Positions 27,839 through 36,897 of a DNA stretch of 64,000 bases are shown here, piece by piece (positions within the stretch are counted from its first letter, which is position 1; every line of letters begins with the position of its first letter). The notes beneath the pieces were generated by a model. It was not told the origin of the DNA. It did no database searches and saw nothing but the letters and a program-made list of their open reading frames with translations. The position numbers were made by a program, and so were the translations under genes. Origin of the DNA: Clostridia bacterium (GTDB lineage Bacteria; Bacillota; Clostridia; Oscillospirales; Acutalibacteraceae); assembly GCA_017517665.1 (NCBI GenBank), contig JAFWYP010000060.1, forward strand, positions 14,759 through 78,758, written 5' to 3'.

Positions 27839-29392
27839 GTGAAAAAGTTAATCGCTGTCATTCTTTCCGCAATAATGATTTTCTCCGTTCTTGCACCCGC
27901 TGCATCAGCAACAAGCGAAAAGTGCAATTGCGGTACACTGCCCACCATTTATGTAGGTCCTCTCGGCAATACCGATATCTATGAAGACTTCGGCACGGAA
28001 AATCAGAGAACACTTTTCAGACCTGCAACTGATACTATTATCAAGATAGTTCTTAAGGTTCTGCCTTCAATTGTTCCTGCTCTTTTCACAAGAGATTTCA
28101 CTGCTCTCGGTGATGCTCTTATTGAGTCTGTAAACGATGCTTTCGGTGCAATGGCGCTTGACGGAAACGGAAATTCCGCAGAAAACGTAACCGTTGATAT
28201 CGAACTTCCCACAGAAACGAAACATGGCAAGGGCGATCAGTATTATTTCCACTATGACTGGCGTCTCGACCCTGTTGAGGTTGCGGGTCAGCTTGATGAT
28301 TTTGTTAACCATGTAAAGAAGCTTACAGGTCATGATAAGGTTAACTTCCGCGCTTCTTCAATGGGCGGAGTTGTAACTCTTTCATATTTCAACGAGTACG
28401 GCCATGACGATGTTGATGCCTGCATTTTCCAGAGCTGTCCTCTTCTCGGCACAGACGTTGCGGGCGATTTGCTCACAAGAAAGCTCAAGCTTGATGCAAG
28501 AGCACTTCTTGAATATGCAACCGACGGATATCCTCCCTTCACATTTGAAGATTCACTTCTCTGGGCACTTTTCAACGGTCTTTTCTACAGCGGACTCGTT
28601 GATGTTGTTCTTTTCGGCGGTGAGCTTATCCTTGACCAGCTTCAGACAAGGGTTTTTGACGAACTCCTTACTCCCGTTTTCGGAACGCTTCTCGGACTCT
28701 GGTCGTTTGTGCCTGATTCTGCATATGAAGAAGCAAAGAAGATAAATCTCGACCCCGAAACTCAGGCGGGTCTTATCAGAAAGGCGGACTACTATCATTA
28801 TCAGATTCAGCAGAGAGCAGACGAAATTCTGAACGATGCGATTGATGACGGCATCCGCATCATGATTGTTGCAGGTTATAATATTCAGAGAACTCCGCTT
28901 GTTGAAAACATGAACAACAACAGCGACGCAACCGTTGACACAAAATATGCATCCGCAGGTGCAACCGTTGCTCTTCTTAATGAAACCCTCGGTGACGGCT
29001 ATAAGCAGGCTTGTACCGATTGCGGTCATAACCATCTTTCACCTGACGGTGTTATTGATGCTTCAACCTGCATTCTTCCCGAACATACATGGTTTATCAA
29101 GGATATGCTTCATTCAAATGCACATGACGGAATTATGGAGATGTATTATTGGTTCATGTACGCCGATGAATACTATGATGTATGGTCAAATCCCATGTAT
29201 ACACAGTTCCTTCAGAACGACAAACCAAATCTCCGCATGATTCCCATGGGTAACTTTGCAAAGGGTGACAAAGCACCCGAATTCGGGGAAGGCGATTCTT
29301 TCTACAATAAGCTCGAAAAATATGTTCTTCCCGTAACGGATAAGATTTTCTCATTCCTTGATGATTGCAGAGAATGGGTAGGTTTGTCATAA
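27839..29392 (+). CDS. Secreted alpha/beta hydrolase (lipase/LCAT-like)
   Basis: GTG start after GAAAGG, signal peptide ending APAASA, YDWRLDP, ASSMGG nucleophile elbow and SDATVD. Confidence 0.75.
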   Translation: MKKLIAVILSAIMIFSVLAPAASATSEKCNCGTLPTIYVGPLGNTDIYEDFGTENQRTLFRPATDTIIKIVLKVLPSIVPALFTRDFTALGDALIESVNDAFGAMALDGNGNSAENVTVDIELPTETKHGKGDQYYFHYDWRLDPVEVAGQLDDFVNHVKKLTGHDKVNFRASSMGGVVTLSYFNEYGHDDVDACIFQSCPLLGTDVAGDLLTRKLKLDARALLEYATDGYPPFTFEDSLLWALFNGLFYSGLVDVVLFGGELILDQLQTRVFDELLTPVFGTLLGLWSFVPDSAYEEAKKINLDPETQAGLIRKADYYHYQIQQRADEILNDAIDDGIRIMIVAGYNIQRTPLVENMNNNSDATVDTKYASAGATVALLNETLGDGYKQACTDCGHNHLSPDGVIDASTCILPEHTWFIKDMLHSNAHDGIMEMYYWFMYADEYYDVWSNPMYTQFLQNDKPNLRMIPMGNFAKGDKAPEFGEGDSFYNKLEKYVLPVTDKIFSFLDDCREWVGLS

Positions 29393-29418
29393 AAAACGGA
29401 TAATTTGCAATAAAATAT

Positions 29419-29461
29419 AAAAAATAATCGGGGAACGGTTTGTTCTCCGATTATTTTTTTT
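29419..29461 (+). terminator. Intrinsic terminator
   Basis: AAAAATAATCGGGGAAC...GTTCTCCGATTATTTTTTTT. Confidence 0.8.
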
Positions 29462-29472
29462 GTGGTGATATC

Positions 29473-30195
29473 ATGTATTCCCGTTTGAAACTTTCCGCAA
29501 GATTTGCTCTGAACGGCTCATATCTGAAAATTCTTCCTCTTTTAACATTTTTAATATTCACCGTGTTTGTTTTTTCAATTCTTAACCCGGCGGTGACGAA
29601 GCTTATTGATGCGAAATATTTTCTTCTTGTTTTTTCGGTTGTTTCTCTTGCCCTTTTTGTATTTATAATATCGCCTGCAAGGCTCCGGCTTGAAATCAGG
29701 CACTTTATGCTTGCAAGGGGAATGAAAAACATGAATGTTAGAACGGGAAGTTCGGGTTTGAAAAAATCCTTGATTTTTTATCCCCTTCTTTTTTGCATCA
29801 AATCATTCTGGTTTGCTGTTTTTGAAGCCGTACCCGTGTCGGGTGCGTTAATGCTGTATCTATATCTGAACGAAAAATCATTGAGTGCAAAAGCAACCGT
29901 TGTTTTTTTGGTATGTATAGCCGTACTTGCCGTTTCGGGACTCGGATTTTATTCCGTTTTTATTCAGCGGTATTCAAAAGCAGCTTTTTATCTCGTGTGT
30001 TACGAGGATTTTTCGGCATTGGATGCGATAAAAGAAAGCGTGAGAAAAACCCGTGGCAATCTTTGCGAAATACTGTTTTTTAAACTCGGATTTTTTCCGT
30101 GGTTTTTGCTTTGCGTCGGAATAGTTCCAATGCTTTTTGTGATACCGTATTATAAGCAAAGTCTTGTCTGTTTTTTTCTGAATCAGAGAGCCTGA
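29473..30195 (+). CDS. Membrane protein, DUF975-like
   Basis: Multi-TM protein with AIKESVRKTRG...LFFKLGFFPW...LFVIPY. Confidence 0.6.
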   Translation: MYSRLKLSARFALNGSYLKILPLLTFLIFTVFVFSILNPAVTKLIDAKYFLLVFSVVSLALFVFIISPARLRLEIRHFMLARGMKNMNVRTGSSGLKKSLIFYPLLFCIKSFWFAVFEAVPVSGALMLYLYLNEKSLSAKATVVFLVCIAVLAVSGLGFYSVFIQRYSKAAFYLVCYEDFSALDAIKESVRKTRGNLCEILFFKLGFFPWFLLCVGIVPMLFVIPYYKQSLVCFFLNQRA

Positions 30196-30917
30196 ATTAT
30201 TCTCCTTTTGTATTCAAGGAATTCGGAAGAAAGATTAAAATTATCCGTCCTCGGCTTTGGCTGGCTGATGATTATTTCATCGGAAATTCGTCCGGGTGTA
30301 CCCGATAAAAGATATATTCTGTCAGAAAGAAGTATTGCTTCATCGATATCGTGCGTTATAAAAAATGTTGTCAGTTTTATGTTTTCCATAACGTCAAGAT
30401 ACCAGCGGTGAACCGATGCTTTTGTGAGTGTGTCGAGTGCCGAAAAAGGTTCGTCGAGCAGGGCGACATCATCAGAAAAAAGATATGTTCTGAGCAATGC
30501 AGCTCTTTGCTTCATCCCGCCCGAAAGCTCGGCGGGATATTTCTTTTGTGTGCCGTCAAGACCGAAATCTTCAAAAAGCGCGGAGGCTTTTTCTCTTGCT
30601 GTGCGCTTCTTTTCGCCTTTCATAAGAAGCGGAAGTGCAACATTATCAACAACCGTGCGGTAGGGGAGAAGCAAATCCTTTTGCATCATATAGCTGATTC
30701 TTCCCGATTTGCCTGTTATGTCCTCACCGTTAAGATATACTTTTCCGCAGTCGGGAGTTGTCAGACCCGAAATGATGTTGAAGAGTGTTGTTTTGCCGCC
30801 GCCGCTTACTCCGAGAAGACTCACGATTTCTCCTTTATTTAAATTGACAGAGATGTTATCAATTATTTTTCTGCCGTCAAAAGACTTGCTTACTTCTTTT
30901 ATTTCGAGCTTTTTCAT
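30183..30917 (-). CDS. ABC ATP-binding protein (ThiZ-like)
   Basis: GVSGGGKTT, LSGGMKQR and LDEPFSALD motifs; ATG 30917 lies just after the upstream stop. Confidence 0.9.
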   Translation of the reverse strand: MKKLEIKEVSKSFDGRKIIDNISVNLNKGEIVSLLGVSGGGKTTLFNIISGLTTPDCGKVYLNGEDITGKSGRISYMMQKDLLLPYRTVVDNVALPLLMKGEKKRTAREKASALFEDFGLDGTQKKYPAELSGGMKQRAALLRTYLFSDDVALLDEPFSALDTLTKASVHRWYLDVMENIKLTTFFITHDIDEAILLSDRIYLLSGTPGRISDEIIISQPKPRTDNFNLSSEFLEYKRRIIQAL

Positions 30918-30918
30918 A

Positions 30919-31911
30919 TTATTCAAGATAATCGTTTGTGAAGCCTTTATACGGGTCAAGTTCATCGCCGAGAAGCTCTTTTTCATTGAGCCAGCGATAG
31001 AAGTCTGCCCAGCGTTCATTGTCAAATTCACCCCAGCGAGTGCTTTCTGCTTTGTATTGCCCCGCAAGATATTTCTGGCTTGCATACACAAGCTCCGCAT
31101 TGCTCTTAAGCTCGGGAGCATATTCCATGAGGATATCTGCAGCTTTTTCGGGATTTTCTATGGCAAATTCATATCCCTTTGAGAGAGCCGAAAGGAATGC
31201 CTTTGAGGTTTCAGGATTTTTTTCAAGGTAAGAATTGTTTGAAATAATTACGGGTGTGTAATAGTCAAATACAGGGTCGATATCGGCAAATGCAAAATAG
31301 TCCGTTTCAAGACCTGCCGTTTCACAGGCAACACCTGCCCATGCATAGAAAACCCAGATTGCATCAACGGATTTGCTTTGAAGTGCCGAAACTTCATCGG
31401 TAACGGTTGAAGGAATAAGCTCGACCTTTGAAAAATCGCCGCCGTTTGCTTCCATAACCTGCTTTATCGTTGCTTTTTCAACGGGAGAATCCCAGGTTGC
31501 GTATTTGTGCCCCTCAAGTCCTTCGGGTGAGCTCATGCCATCTCCCTTACGTGAGATTATGCCCGAGGTGTTGTGCTGAATAACTGCTGCAACGGCTGTT
31601 ATCGGCAGGGCATTTTCTCCGATAAGTGCGGGTGCCATTGAATCCTGAAACGATACTCCGAACTGTGCCTTTCCCGAAGCAACAAGCATTTCCGCACCGC
31701 CCTCGGGAGGCTGAACAACCTCAACCTCGAGTCCCGCATCGGAAAAATATCCGTTTTCGATTGCCGTATAAAGTCCCGTGTGATTTGTGTTGGGAGTCCA
31801 GTCAAGAACAAACGTTATTTTTTCTTTGTCCGCATTATCCGTGCAGGCTGTAAGGCACAAAACAAGTGATACCGCCGTTAAAACGGATATGATTTTTATA
31901 ATAGTTTTCAT
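30919..31911 (-). CDS. NMT1/THI5-like substrate-binding lipoprotein (ThiY-like)
   Basis: Lipobox LTAC, LDWTPNTNHTG, QHNTSG and DYYTPV motifs. Confidence 0.9.
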   Translation of the reverse strand: MKTIIKIISVLTAVSLVLCLTACTDNADKEKITFVLDWTPNTNHTGLYTAIENGYFSDAGLEVEVVQPPEGGAEMLVASGKAQFGVSFQDSMAPALIGENALPITAVAAVIQHNTSGIISRKGDGMSSPEGLEGHKYATWDSPVEKATIKQVMEANGGDFSKVELIPSTVTDEVSALQSKSVDAIWVFYAWAGVACETAGLETDYFAFADIDPVFDYYTPVIISNNSYLEKNPETSKAFLSALSKGYEFAIENPEKAADILMEYAPELKSNAELVYASQKYLAGQYKAESTRWGEFDNERWADFYRWLNEKELLGDELDPYKGFTNDYLE

Positions 31912-32690
31912 TTTTTTACCTCTTTTTCTGTTTTTCTGTACGGCATGCATTTCTTTTCCGCAAGGTTCACAAGTGCCATAAGGAAAAGTGAAATTGCAGA
32001 AATAAGGAATATAACCGCAAACATTTTGTCAAACGCAAAAGCTTTTTTTACTCTCGTCATATATACGCCGAGACCACCGAAACCGCCGAGCCATTCGCTG
32101 ATAACCGCACCTACAACGGAATAAGCAACGGTTATTCTGAGTGCGGAAAAGAATTGCGGAAGTGCCGACGGAAATTTGATATATCTGAATATACGGAGAT
32201 TGTTTGCTCCCATCGAACGCAGAAGTCCCACCGCATCCTTATCAGCGCTTCGGAATCCGTCAAGAAGTCCCACCGCAACGGGAAAGAAGGTTGAAAGAAT
32301 GATTAGAATGATTTTCGGAGTTGTTTCATATCCGAACCACAATACAAGAAGCGGTGCAGTTGCAACCGTTGGTACGGTTTGTGTTACAACCATAATCGGA
32401 TAGAATGCTTTGTAGAATATTTCGTATCTGTCCATGAGAACGGCGGCACCGAATCCGATAAAAACTCCGAGCGAAAGTCCGGCAAAAGCCTCTTTCAGAG
32501 TGATGAGCATATTCTTAAAAAGCAGTTCTCTCTCGCTGATGAAAGCCCTGATAACATCAATCGGAGAGGGAAGCATATACCCCGGAACAAGTTCGAGCAT
32601 ACAAATACTCTGCCATAAAAAAAGAAACAGAGCGATTGCCGTAATTGCGGGAAGCTTATTTCTGATGGTGCTTTGAGACTTTTTTATCAA
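31908..32690 (-). CDS. ABC permease (ThiX-like)
   Basis: LPSP, QTVP..A.APL..LWFG and GAVISEWLGG motifs. Confidence 0.9.
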   Translation of the reverse strand: MIKKSQSTIRNKLPAITAIALFLFLWQSICMLELVPGYMLPSPIDVIRAFISERELLFKNMLITLKEAFAGLSLGVFIGFGAAVLMDRYEIFYKAFYPIMVVTQTVPTVATAPLLVLWFGYETTPKIILIILSTFFPVAVGLLDGFRSADKDAVGLLRSMGANNLRIFRYIKFPSALPQFFSALRITVAYSVVGAVISEWLGGFGGLGVYMTRVKKAFAFDKMFAVIFLISAISLFLMALVNLAEKKCMPYRKTEKEVKK

Positions 32691-32958
32691 TGGTCAGCAC
32701 CTCTCCTTTGGGTTCATATGAAACCTTGATGTATGCAGAAACGCTTTTTGCGCCTGCTCTTATCGCAACCTTCTGACATTCTTTGACGATATCCATAAGC
32801 TCATCGTAGCTGTCGCCTTCTATTGCGGTTTCACACGGTCCTACATAATAATTCAGACCCGTGTTTTTTATGTAGTCGATAACCTCGTCAACTATGCGGA
32901 TGAGTTCGTCTTTGTCCTTTGCTGCAGGTAAAACCTGTATTGCAACGCTTGCTTTCAT
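32656..32958 (-). CDS. Thiamine-binding protein (Ykof/MTH1187 family)
   Basis: VAIQVLP, VDEVIDYI and VGPCETAIEG motifs; GGAGG RBS; first gene after the TPP riboswitch. Confidence 0.85.
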   Translation of the reverse strand: MKASVAIQVLPAAKDKDELIRIVDEVIDYIKNTGLNYYVGPCETAIEGDSYDELMDIVKECQKVAIRAGAKSVSAYIKVSYEPKGEVLTIDKKVSKHHQK

Positions 32959-32971
32959 ATGTATTCCTCCA

Positions 32972-33010
32972 AAAAATAAAATGCCCTTGCCGAAAATACG
33001 GCAAGAGCAA
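32972..33010 (-). terminator. Riboswitch expression-platform terminator
   Basis: Minus strand TGCTCTTGCCG-TATTTT-CGGCAAGGGCA followed by TTTTATTTTTT. Confidence 0.8.
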
Positions 33011-33053
33011 TAAAACACATCTTATCATGCATCTGCAGCTGCATGGATACAAT

Positions 33054-33153
33054 GCGACATTATTTCCCTACGCCCGCATTATCGGGATCAGGTTTAATGG
33101 GTCGCAGAAAACATCTGCCTCTCAGCCCGTCACTACGGACTCCCCGTTTGTCG
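33054..33153 (-). ncRNA. TPP riboswitch (THI element)
   Basis: Minus strand GGGGAGTCCG...GGGCTGAGAGG...GACCCATTAAACCTGATCCCGATAATGCGGGCGTAGGGA. Confidence 0.96.
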
Positions 33154-33158
33154 AAGAC

Positions 33159-33187
33159 AGTATAATTCCGTTTTTCGGATTTGTCAA
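33159..33187 (-). promoter_or_regulatory. sigmaA promoter of the TPP riboswitch operon
   Basis: TTGACA-N17-TATACT. Confidence 0.8.
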
Positions 33188-33205
33188 GAGCTTTTTTGTG
33201 CGATT

Positions 33206-35623
33206 TTATATCATATCCGTTTCTGAAAGCTCACCGTCTTTATAGAGAAAAGTTTTTACTTCAAACATAGCAAAATTTATTTCAAATTTTTCCTTTTCAA
33301 TCTCAAAAACAGCATTTTCGGATTTGTCGGACGAATTGAAAAGGCGAACGGTGATACCGTTTTCGTTTTTGCGGTATCTTGAAAGAATTATGTGCTGATT
33401 GCTGATTTCAACCCGTGTTTCCCTTGCTTCTTTTGTTCCTGAGGGGAAGAATGAAAGAGCAATGCAGGGCTGATTATAAATCTCCGCATCCATATCAAGC
33501 TGAGCGGTGTCTGCCGTGAGTCTGTATTCAAATTCACGCTCGCCGATGTCTATGCGGTCATGGCATCTGTCGGAATCCGCAAGAGGTCTGTCACCGATGG
33601 GATGTGCGGAATATACGGGAGTGCGAAGAAGAGAAATGTTGAGGATATTTCCGTCAACGCTGCCGCCGTAAGTGCCTTTGTTGAGAATTGCAAGGCTCTT
33701 TTCTTTGTCATAAATTCCGCACCATTTCTGATAAACAGCCTCGTTTCCGTCTGCACGGAGCTTTTCTCTTCCGAATGCGGTCTGACCGTAAAAATCCGGA
33801 TTGTCAAGTGATGTGTTAAAAGAAAGCTTATAGAATCTGCTGCTGTTGTTAGAGAGCATTCTGATTCTGATATCGACATACTCTCCGTTTTTCGGCAGGG
33901 TGTAGGTGACAACGGCAAATGAATCCGAATAACCGAAAACAGCCTGAATTTTAAGGCGTACCGCACCGTTTTCGATAACTCTCACATTTTCGAGAGTTTC
34001 ATCGGGATAACCGTTGAAAGCATTGGCTTTTTCTTTACTGAGAAGCGTAAATTCGCCGACCTTTTCGTTAAAGCCGTCAACGGTCATTCCCCACGGGTCT
34101 TCATTGTCTGCATAAGCGTTTATTTTTGCGCTTGAGCATTTTAGCATATCGGTTCCGTTGACACGGTATTTGTCAATAAGTCCCGTCTTTTTATTTATGA
34201 GTACCTGCATTTTGCCGTTATCGAATGTAAAATAATCCTCGGTTTCTTCGCAGGGCAGAATCTGCCTTTTAGGGAGGTTTTCAACATGGAGTTCACAGTC
34301 GAAACGGTTGATACTCATGGGTTCAAGCTCTGCACGGAAACAAACTCTTTTTCTCCAGTCAAGGCTGAAAGTGCAGGCTTCTTTTTCGTTCTGAGAGGGG
34401 AGATAATTGCCATTCTTATCACGCACGGTAACAACGGTAACTTCGTTTTCGTTCCAGTTCTGGTCCTGAAGCTGGAATTCAACTTCTATATCCTGCGTGA
34501 TTTTATAGGGATGCGGGTTGAAGACAAGCACGGGAATTTCGCCGTCTTTCGCCTTCTTCTGACCTTCGCAAAGTTTGAAGAATGCTTTGGTTTTATATTT
34601 GTCTGCAATTTCGCTTCCGTAGGAGAAAAGCCGAAGGCTGTCATCCTCGGCAGCCTTTATGCCTGAACCGGGGAGAATATCGTGAAACTCGCAGAAAAGC
34701 AAAGCTTTTTCAGCCTTTTCAAGTTCTTTTTCATCATATGAAACACCGCTGAGAGCAAGCATTTTTTCGCAAACGGATAAATCGTTTTCGAGCTTTCTGT
34801 GTGCCTGCTTTATACGGTTCATGGAGGTGTAACAGCCTACCATTGTATAATTGAGAGACTCGTCAAATACTTGAAGATTCGACTTGTCAATTCTGTCAAA
34901 ATAGTTTTCGCACCATGAGTGAACAAGACCGTTTTCGGGGTGATCTTCCATATGCTTTGCGATGGTTTCGAGATCTTCTCTTGACGGACCGCCGCCGTGA
35001 TTACCGATTCCCCAGAACATCATATTTATGCCGTTGCCGTATTCTCTTTCAAGGATACGGTTTATTTTTTCGCCGATTTTGCCCTTGCCCGAATTATAGC
35101 CGCAGTTCATTTTGTGGGCGATTATTTCGCTGCCGTCAAAGCCCTTCCAGATGAAATCATGTTCGGCTTCAACCCATGACGGACGCATGAAAACGTAGGA
35201 TTCATATCCGCATTTTTTAAGAATCTGAACAAGCCCTCTTGTGTGACCGAAGGGGTCAAAATTAATGGCGGTAAGCGGTCTGACTCCGAATTTTTCAAGA
35301 AAATATTTTGTGCCCGTTTCAATTTGTCTTATGAACGATTCGCCGCAGGGCATAACGCAGTCGGGCTGCAGATACCAGCCGCCCATGATACGCCATTTTC
35401 CTTCTTTTACAAGCTTCTGTATTCTTTCAAAAAGCTCGGGTTCATTTTCTTCAACCCATTCATAAAGCACGGATTCGTTGTGATTGAAAACAAATCCGTC
35501 AAATTCTTCGCAGAAATCCGCTGCAATGCGAAAGGTTGAAATTGCTTCTGCAATGCCCTCCGGTCTTTGCCAGAGCCACACGGGGTCGAGGTGAGCGTTG
35601 CATATCATATGTAATTCTTTCAT
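33206..35623 (-). CDS. Alpha-mannosidase, GH38
   Basis: NAHLDPVWLW, GESFIRQ, DPFGH, GNHGGGP and FHDILPGS motifs. Confidence 0.92.
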   Translation of the reverse strand: MKELHMICNAHLDPVWLWQRPEGIAEAISTFRIAADFCEEFDGFVFNHNESVLYEWVEENEPELFERIQKLVKEGKWRIMGGWYLQPDCVMPCGESFIRQIETGTKYFLEKFGVRPLTAINFDPFGHTRGLVQILKKCGYESYVFMRPSWVEAEHDFIWKGFDGSEIIAHKMNCGYNSGKGKIGEKINRILEREYGNGINMMFWGIGNHGGGPSREDLETIAKHMEDHPENGLVHSWCENYFDRIDKSNLQVFDESLNYTMVGCYTSMNRIKQAHRKLENDLSVCEKMLALSGVSYDEKELEKAEKALLFCEFHDILPGSGIKAAEDDSLRLFSYGSEIADKYKTKAFFKLCEGQKKAKDGEIPVLVFNPHPYKITQDIEVEFQLQDQNWNENEVTVVTVRDKNGNYLPSQNEKEACTFSLDWRKRVCFRAELEPMSINRFDCELHVENLPKRQILPCEETEDYFTFDNGKMQVLINKKTGLIDKYRVNGTDMLKCSSAKINAYADNEDPWGMTVDGFNEKVGEFTLLSKEKANAFNGYPDETLENVRVIENGAVRLKIQAVFGYSDSFAVVTYTLPKNGEYVDIRIRMLSNNSSRFYKLSFNTSLDNPDFYGQTAFGREKLRADGNEAVYQKWCGIYDKEKSLAILNKGTYGGSVDGNILNISLLRTPVYSAHPIGDRPLADSDRCHDRIDIGEREFEYRLTADTAQLDMDAEIYNQPCIALSFFPSGTKEARETRVEISNQHIILSRYRKNENGITVRLFNSSDKSENAVFEIEKEKFEINFAMFEVKTFLYKDGELSETDMI

Positions 35624-35627
35624 GTTT

Positions 35628-36230
35628 TCACCGCTTTATAATTAATTGTTCACAGGTTGAGCAGATATAGCCGTCTGCAATTTGATGGAAAAGACAGTCG
35701 AAGCTTTTTTCTGAGCACGATATTCCGCTTTCACTTATTTCAAATGAAACGGTTTTTATATCAGCGCCGAGTCCCGTACCGATGCATTTGAAATAAGCCT
35801 CTTTTAATGTCCATATTTCAAAAAAGCCGTCGGTATGCGAATCAATATAATCCTGCTCATTTTCACAAGCAAATCTTTTTGATGTTTCGGGATTTATACT
35901 TCTGATTTTTTCGATGTCAACTCCGATTTCTTTGTCTGAAACGGCACAAACGGCATAATCGCCGCTGTGGCTTATGTTGAAATGAACATTAAGTCCTTTT
36001 ATATAAGGCTTTCCGAATTCGGAAACCGAAAATTCTATGTCCTGTGCAGGTATGCCGCAGAATTCGAAAATTGCTTTTCTGCAGATATGGTCGGCGGCAA
36101 TTTTAAGCTTTTGTTTTTGAGGAACAAGGAGTTTCCTGACCGCTTCTTTCTTCTTTTCGCTCATGGCACCAAACCACTCACGGAATTCTTTTTCCGAAAC
36201 AGATGATATATTACATGAATACAGCTTCAT
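35628..36230 (-). CDS. Sfp-type 4'-phosphopantetheinyl transferase
   Basis: GKP, FNISHSG, IGVDIE and WTLKEAYFK motifs; AAGGAG RBS before ATG 36230. Confidence 0.92.
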   Translation of the reverse strand: MKLYSCNISSVSEKEFREWFGAMSEKKKEAVRKLLVPQKQKLKIAADHICRKAIFEFCGIPAQDIEFSVSEFGKPYIKGLNVHFNISHSGDYAVCAVSDKEIGVDIEKIRSINPETSKRFACENEQDYIDSHTDGFFEIWTLKEAYFKCIGTGLGADIKTVSFEISESGISCSEKSFDCLFHQIADGYICSTCEQLIIKR

Positions 36231-36246
36231 TTTTTCTCCTTTGAAA

Positions 36247-36279
36247 TAAAAAAATGCCGTCGGATATACCGTCGGCATA
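36247..36279 (-). terminator. Terminator-like hairpin after the DUF212 gene
   Basis: Minus strand ATGCCGACGG-TATAT-CCGACGGCAT followed by a T run (one mismatch in stem). Confidence 0.6.
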
Positions 36280-36284
36280 GTTGA

Positions 36285-36740
36285 TTAAAACAGTCCCGAA
36301 AACTTGACCATAACAATTGAAACGCAAAGACCTACAATGAAACCGCCGATAATTTCGGGAATGGTGTGACCTTCAACCTTTTTAACGTCTTTTGCTTCAT
36401 TTCCGCAAACCTTACCCTGAAGTCTGTTAAACGCATCGGTGAGTCTGCTGATAGGGAGTCGGACTTTGAAGGCGTCGAACATAACGATAAATGCAAAAAC
36501 TCCGCAGGCAGCAAAAATATCAGAATCAAAACCGTTTCGCAGGCCTATGCAGCCGCAAAGGGCGATAACCGTTGCGGTGTGCGAGCTGGGCATTCCGCCG
36601 AGTTTGAAAAGAGTTGAAAGAGTAACCTTGTTGCGCGCAATACCCTTTCTTTTGCCGTTGTAATATTTAACAAGATTTATAATAACCTTAATAAGCTGGG
36701 CGATGAACCATGCAATAAGACAAACGAAAAAGATTCTCAT
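36285..36740 (-). CDS. Divergent PAP2 family protein (DUF212)
   Basis: AQLIK, GGMPSSH, VMFDA..VR and GHTIPEI motifs. Confidence 0.88.
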   Translation of the reverse strand: MRIFFVCLIAWFIAQLIKVIINLVKYYNGKRKGIARNKVTLSTLFKLGGMPSSHTATVIALCGCIGLRNGFDSDIFAACGVFAFIVMFDAFKVRLPISRLTDAFNRLQGKVCGNEAKDVKKVEGHTIPEIIGGFIVGLCVSIVMVKFSGLF

Positions 36741-36897
36741 TGGCCAAAAAACTCCTTAAAAGCATTATATAGATAATTCTACAATATTGACTGGAAAAAA
36801 GCAAGAGTTTTTTTGTTGAATATTGTAGGCAAATGTGATATAATATCGCAAGCATATTGACGATTATTAAACAAAATGATGTGAACGGGGTATATCA

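Noticed and set aside
30918-31121. N-terminal extensions in the ORF track (also 13902, 4343, 27713, 33018, 40522, 57520)
   Set aside because: They overlap upstream genes, terminators or riboswitches. RBS-supported downstream starts were used instead.
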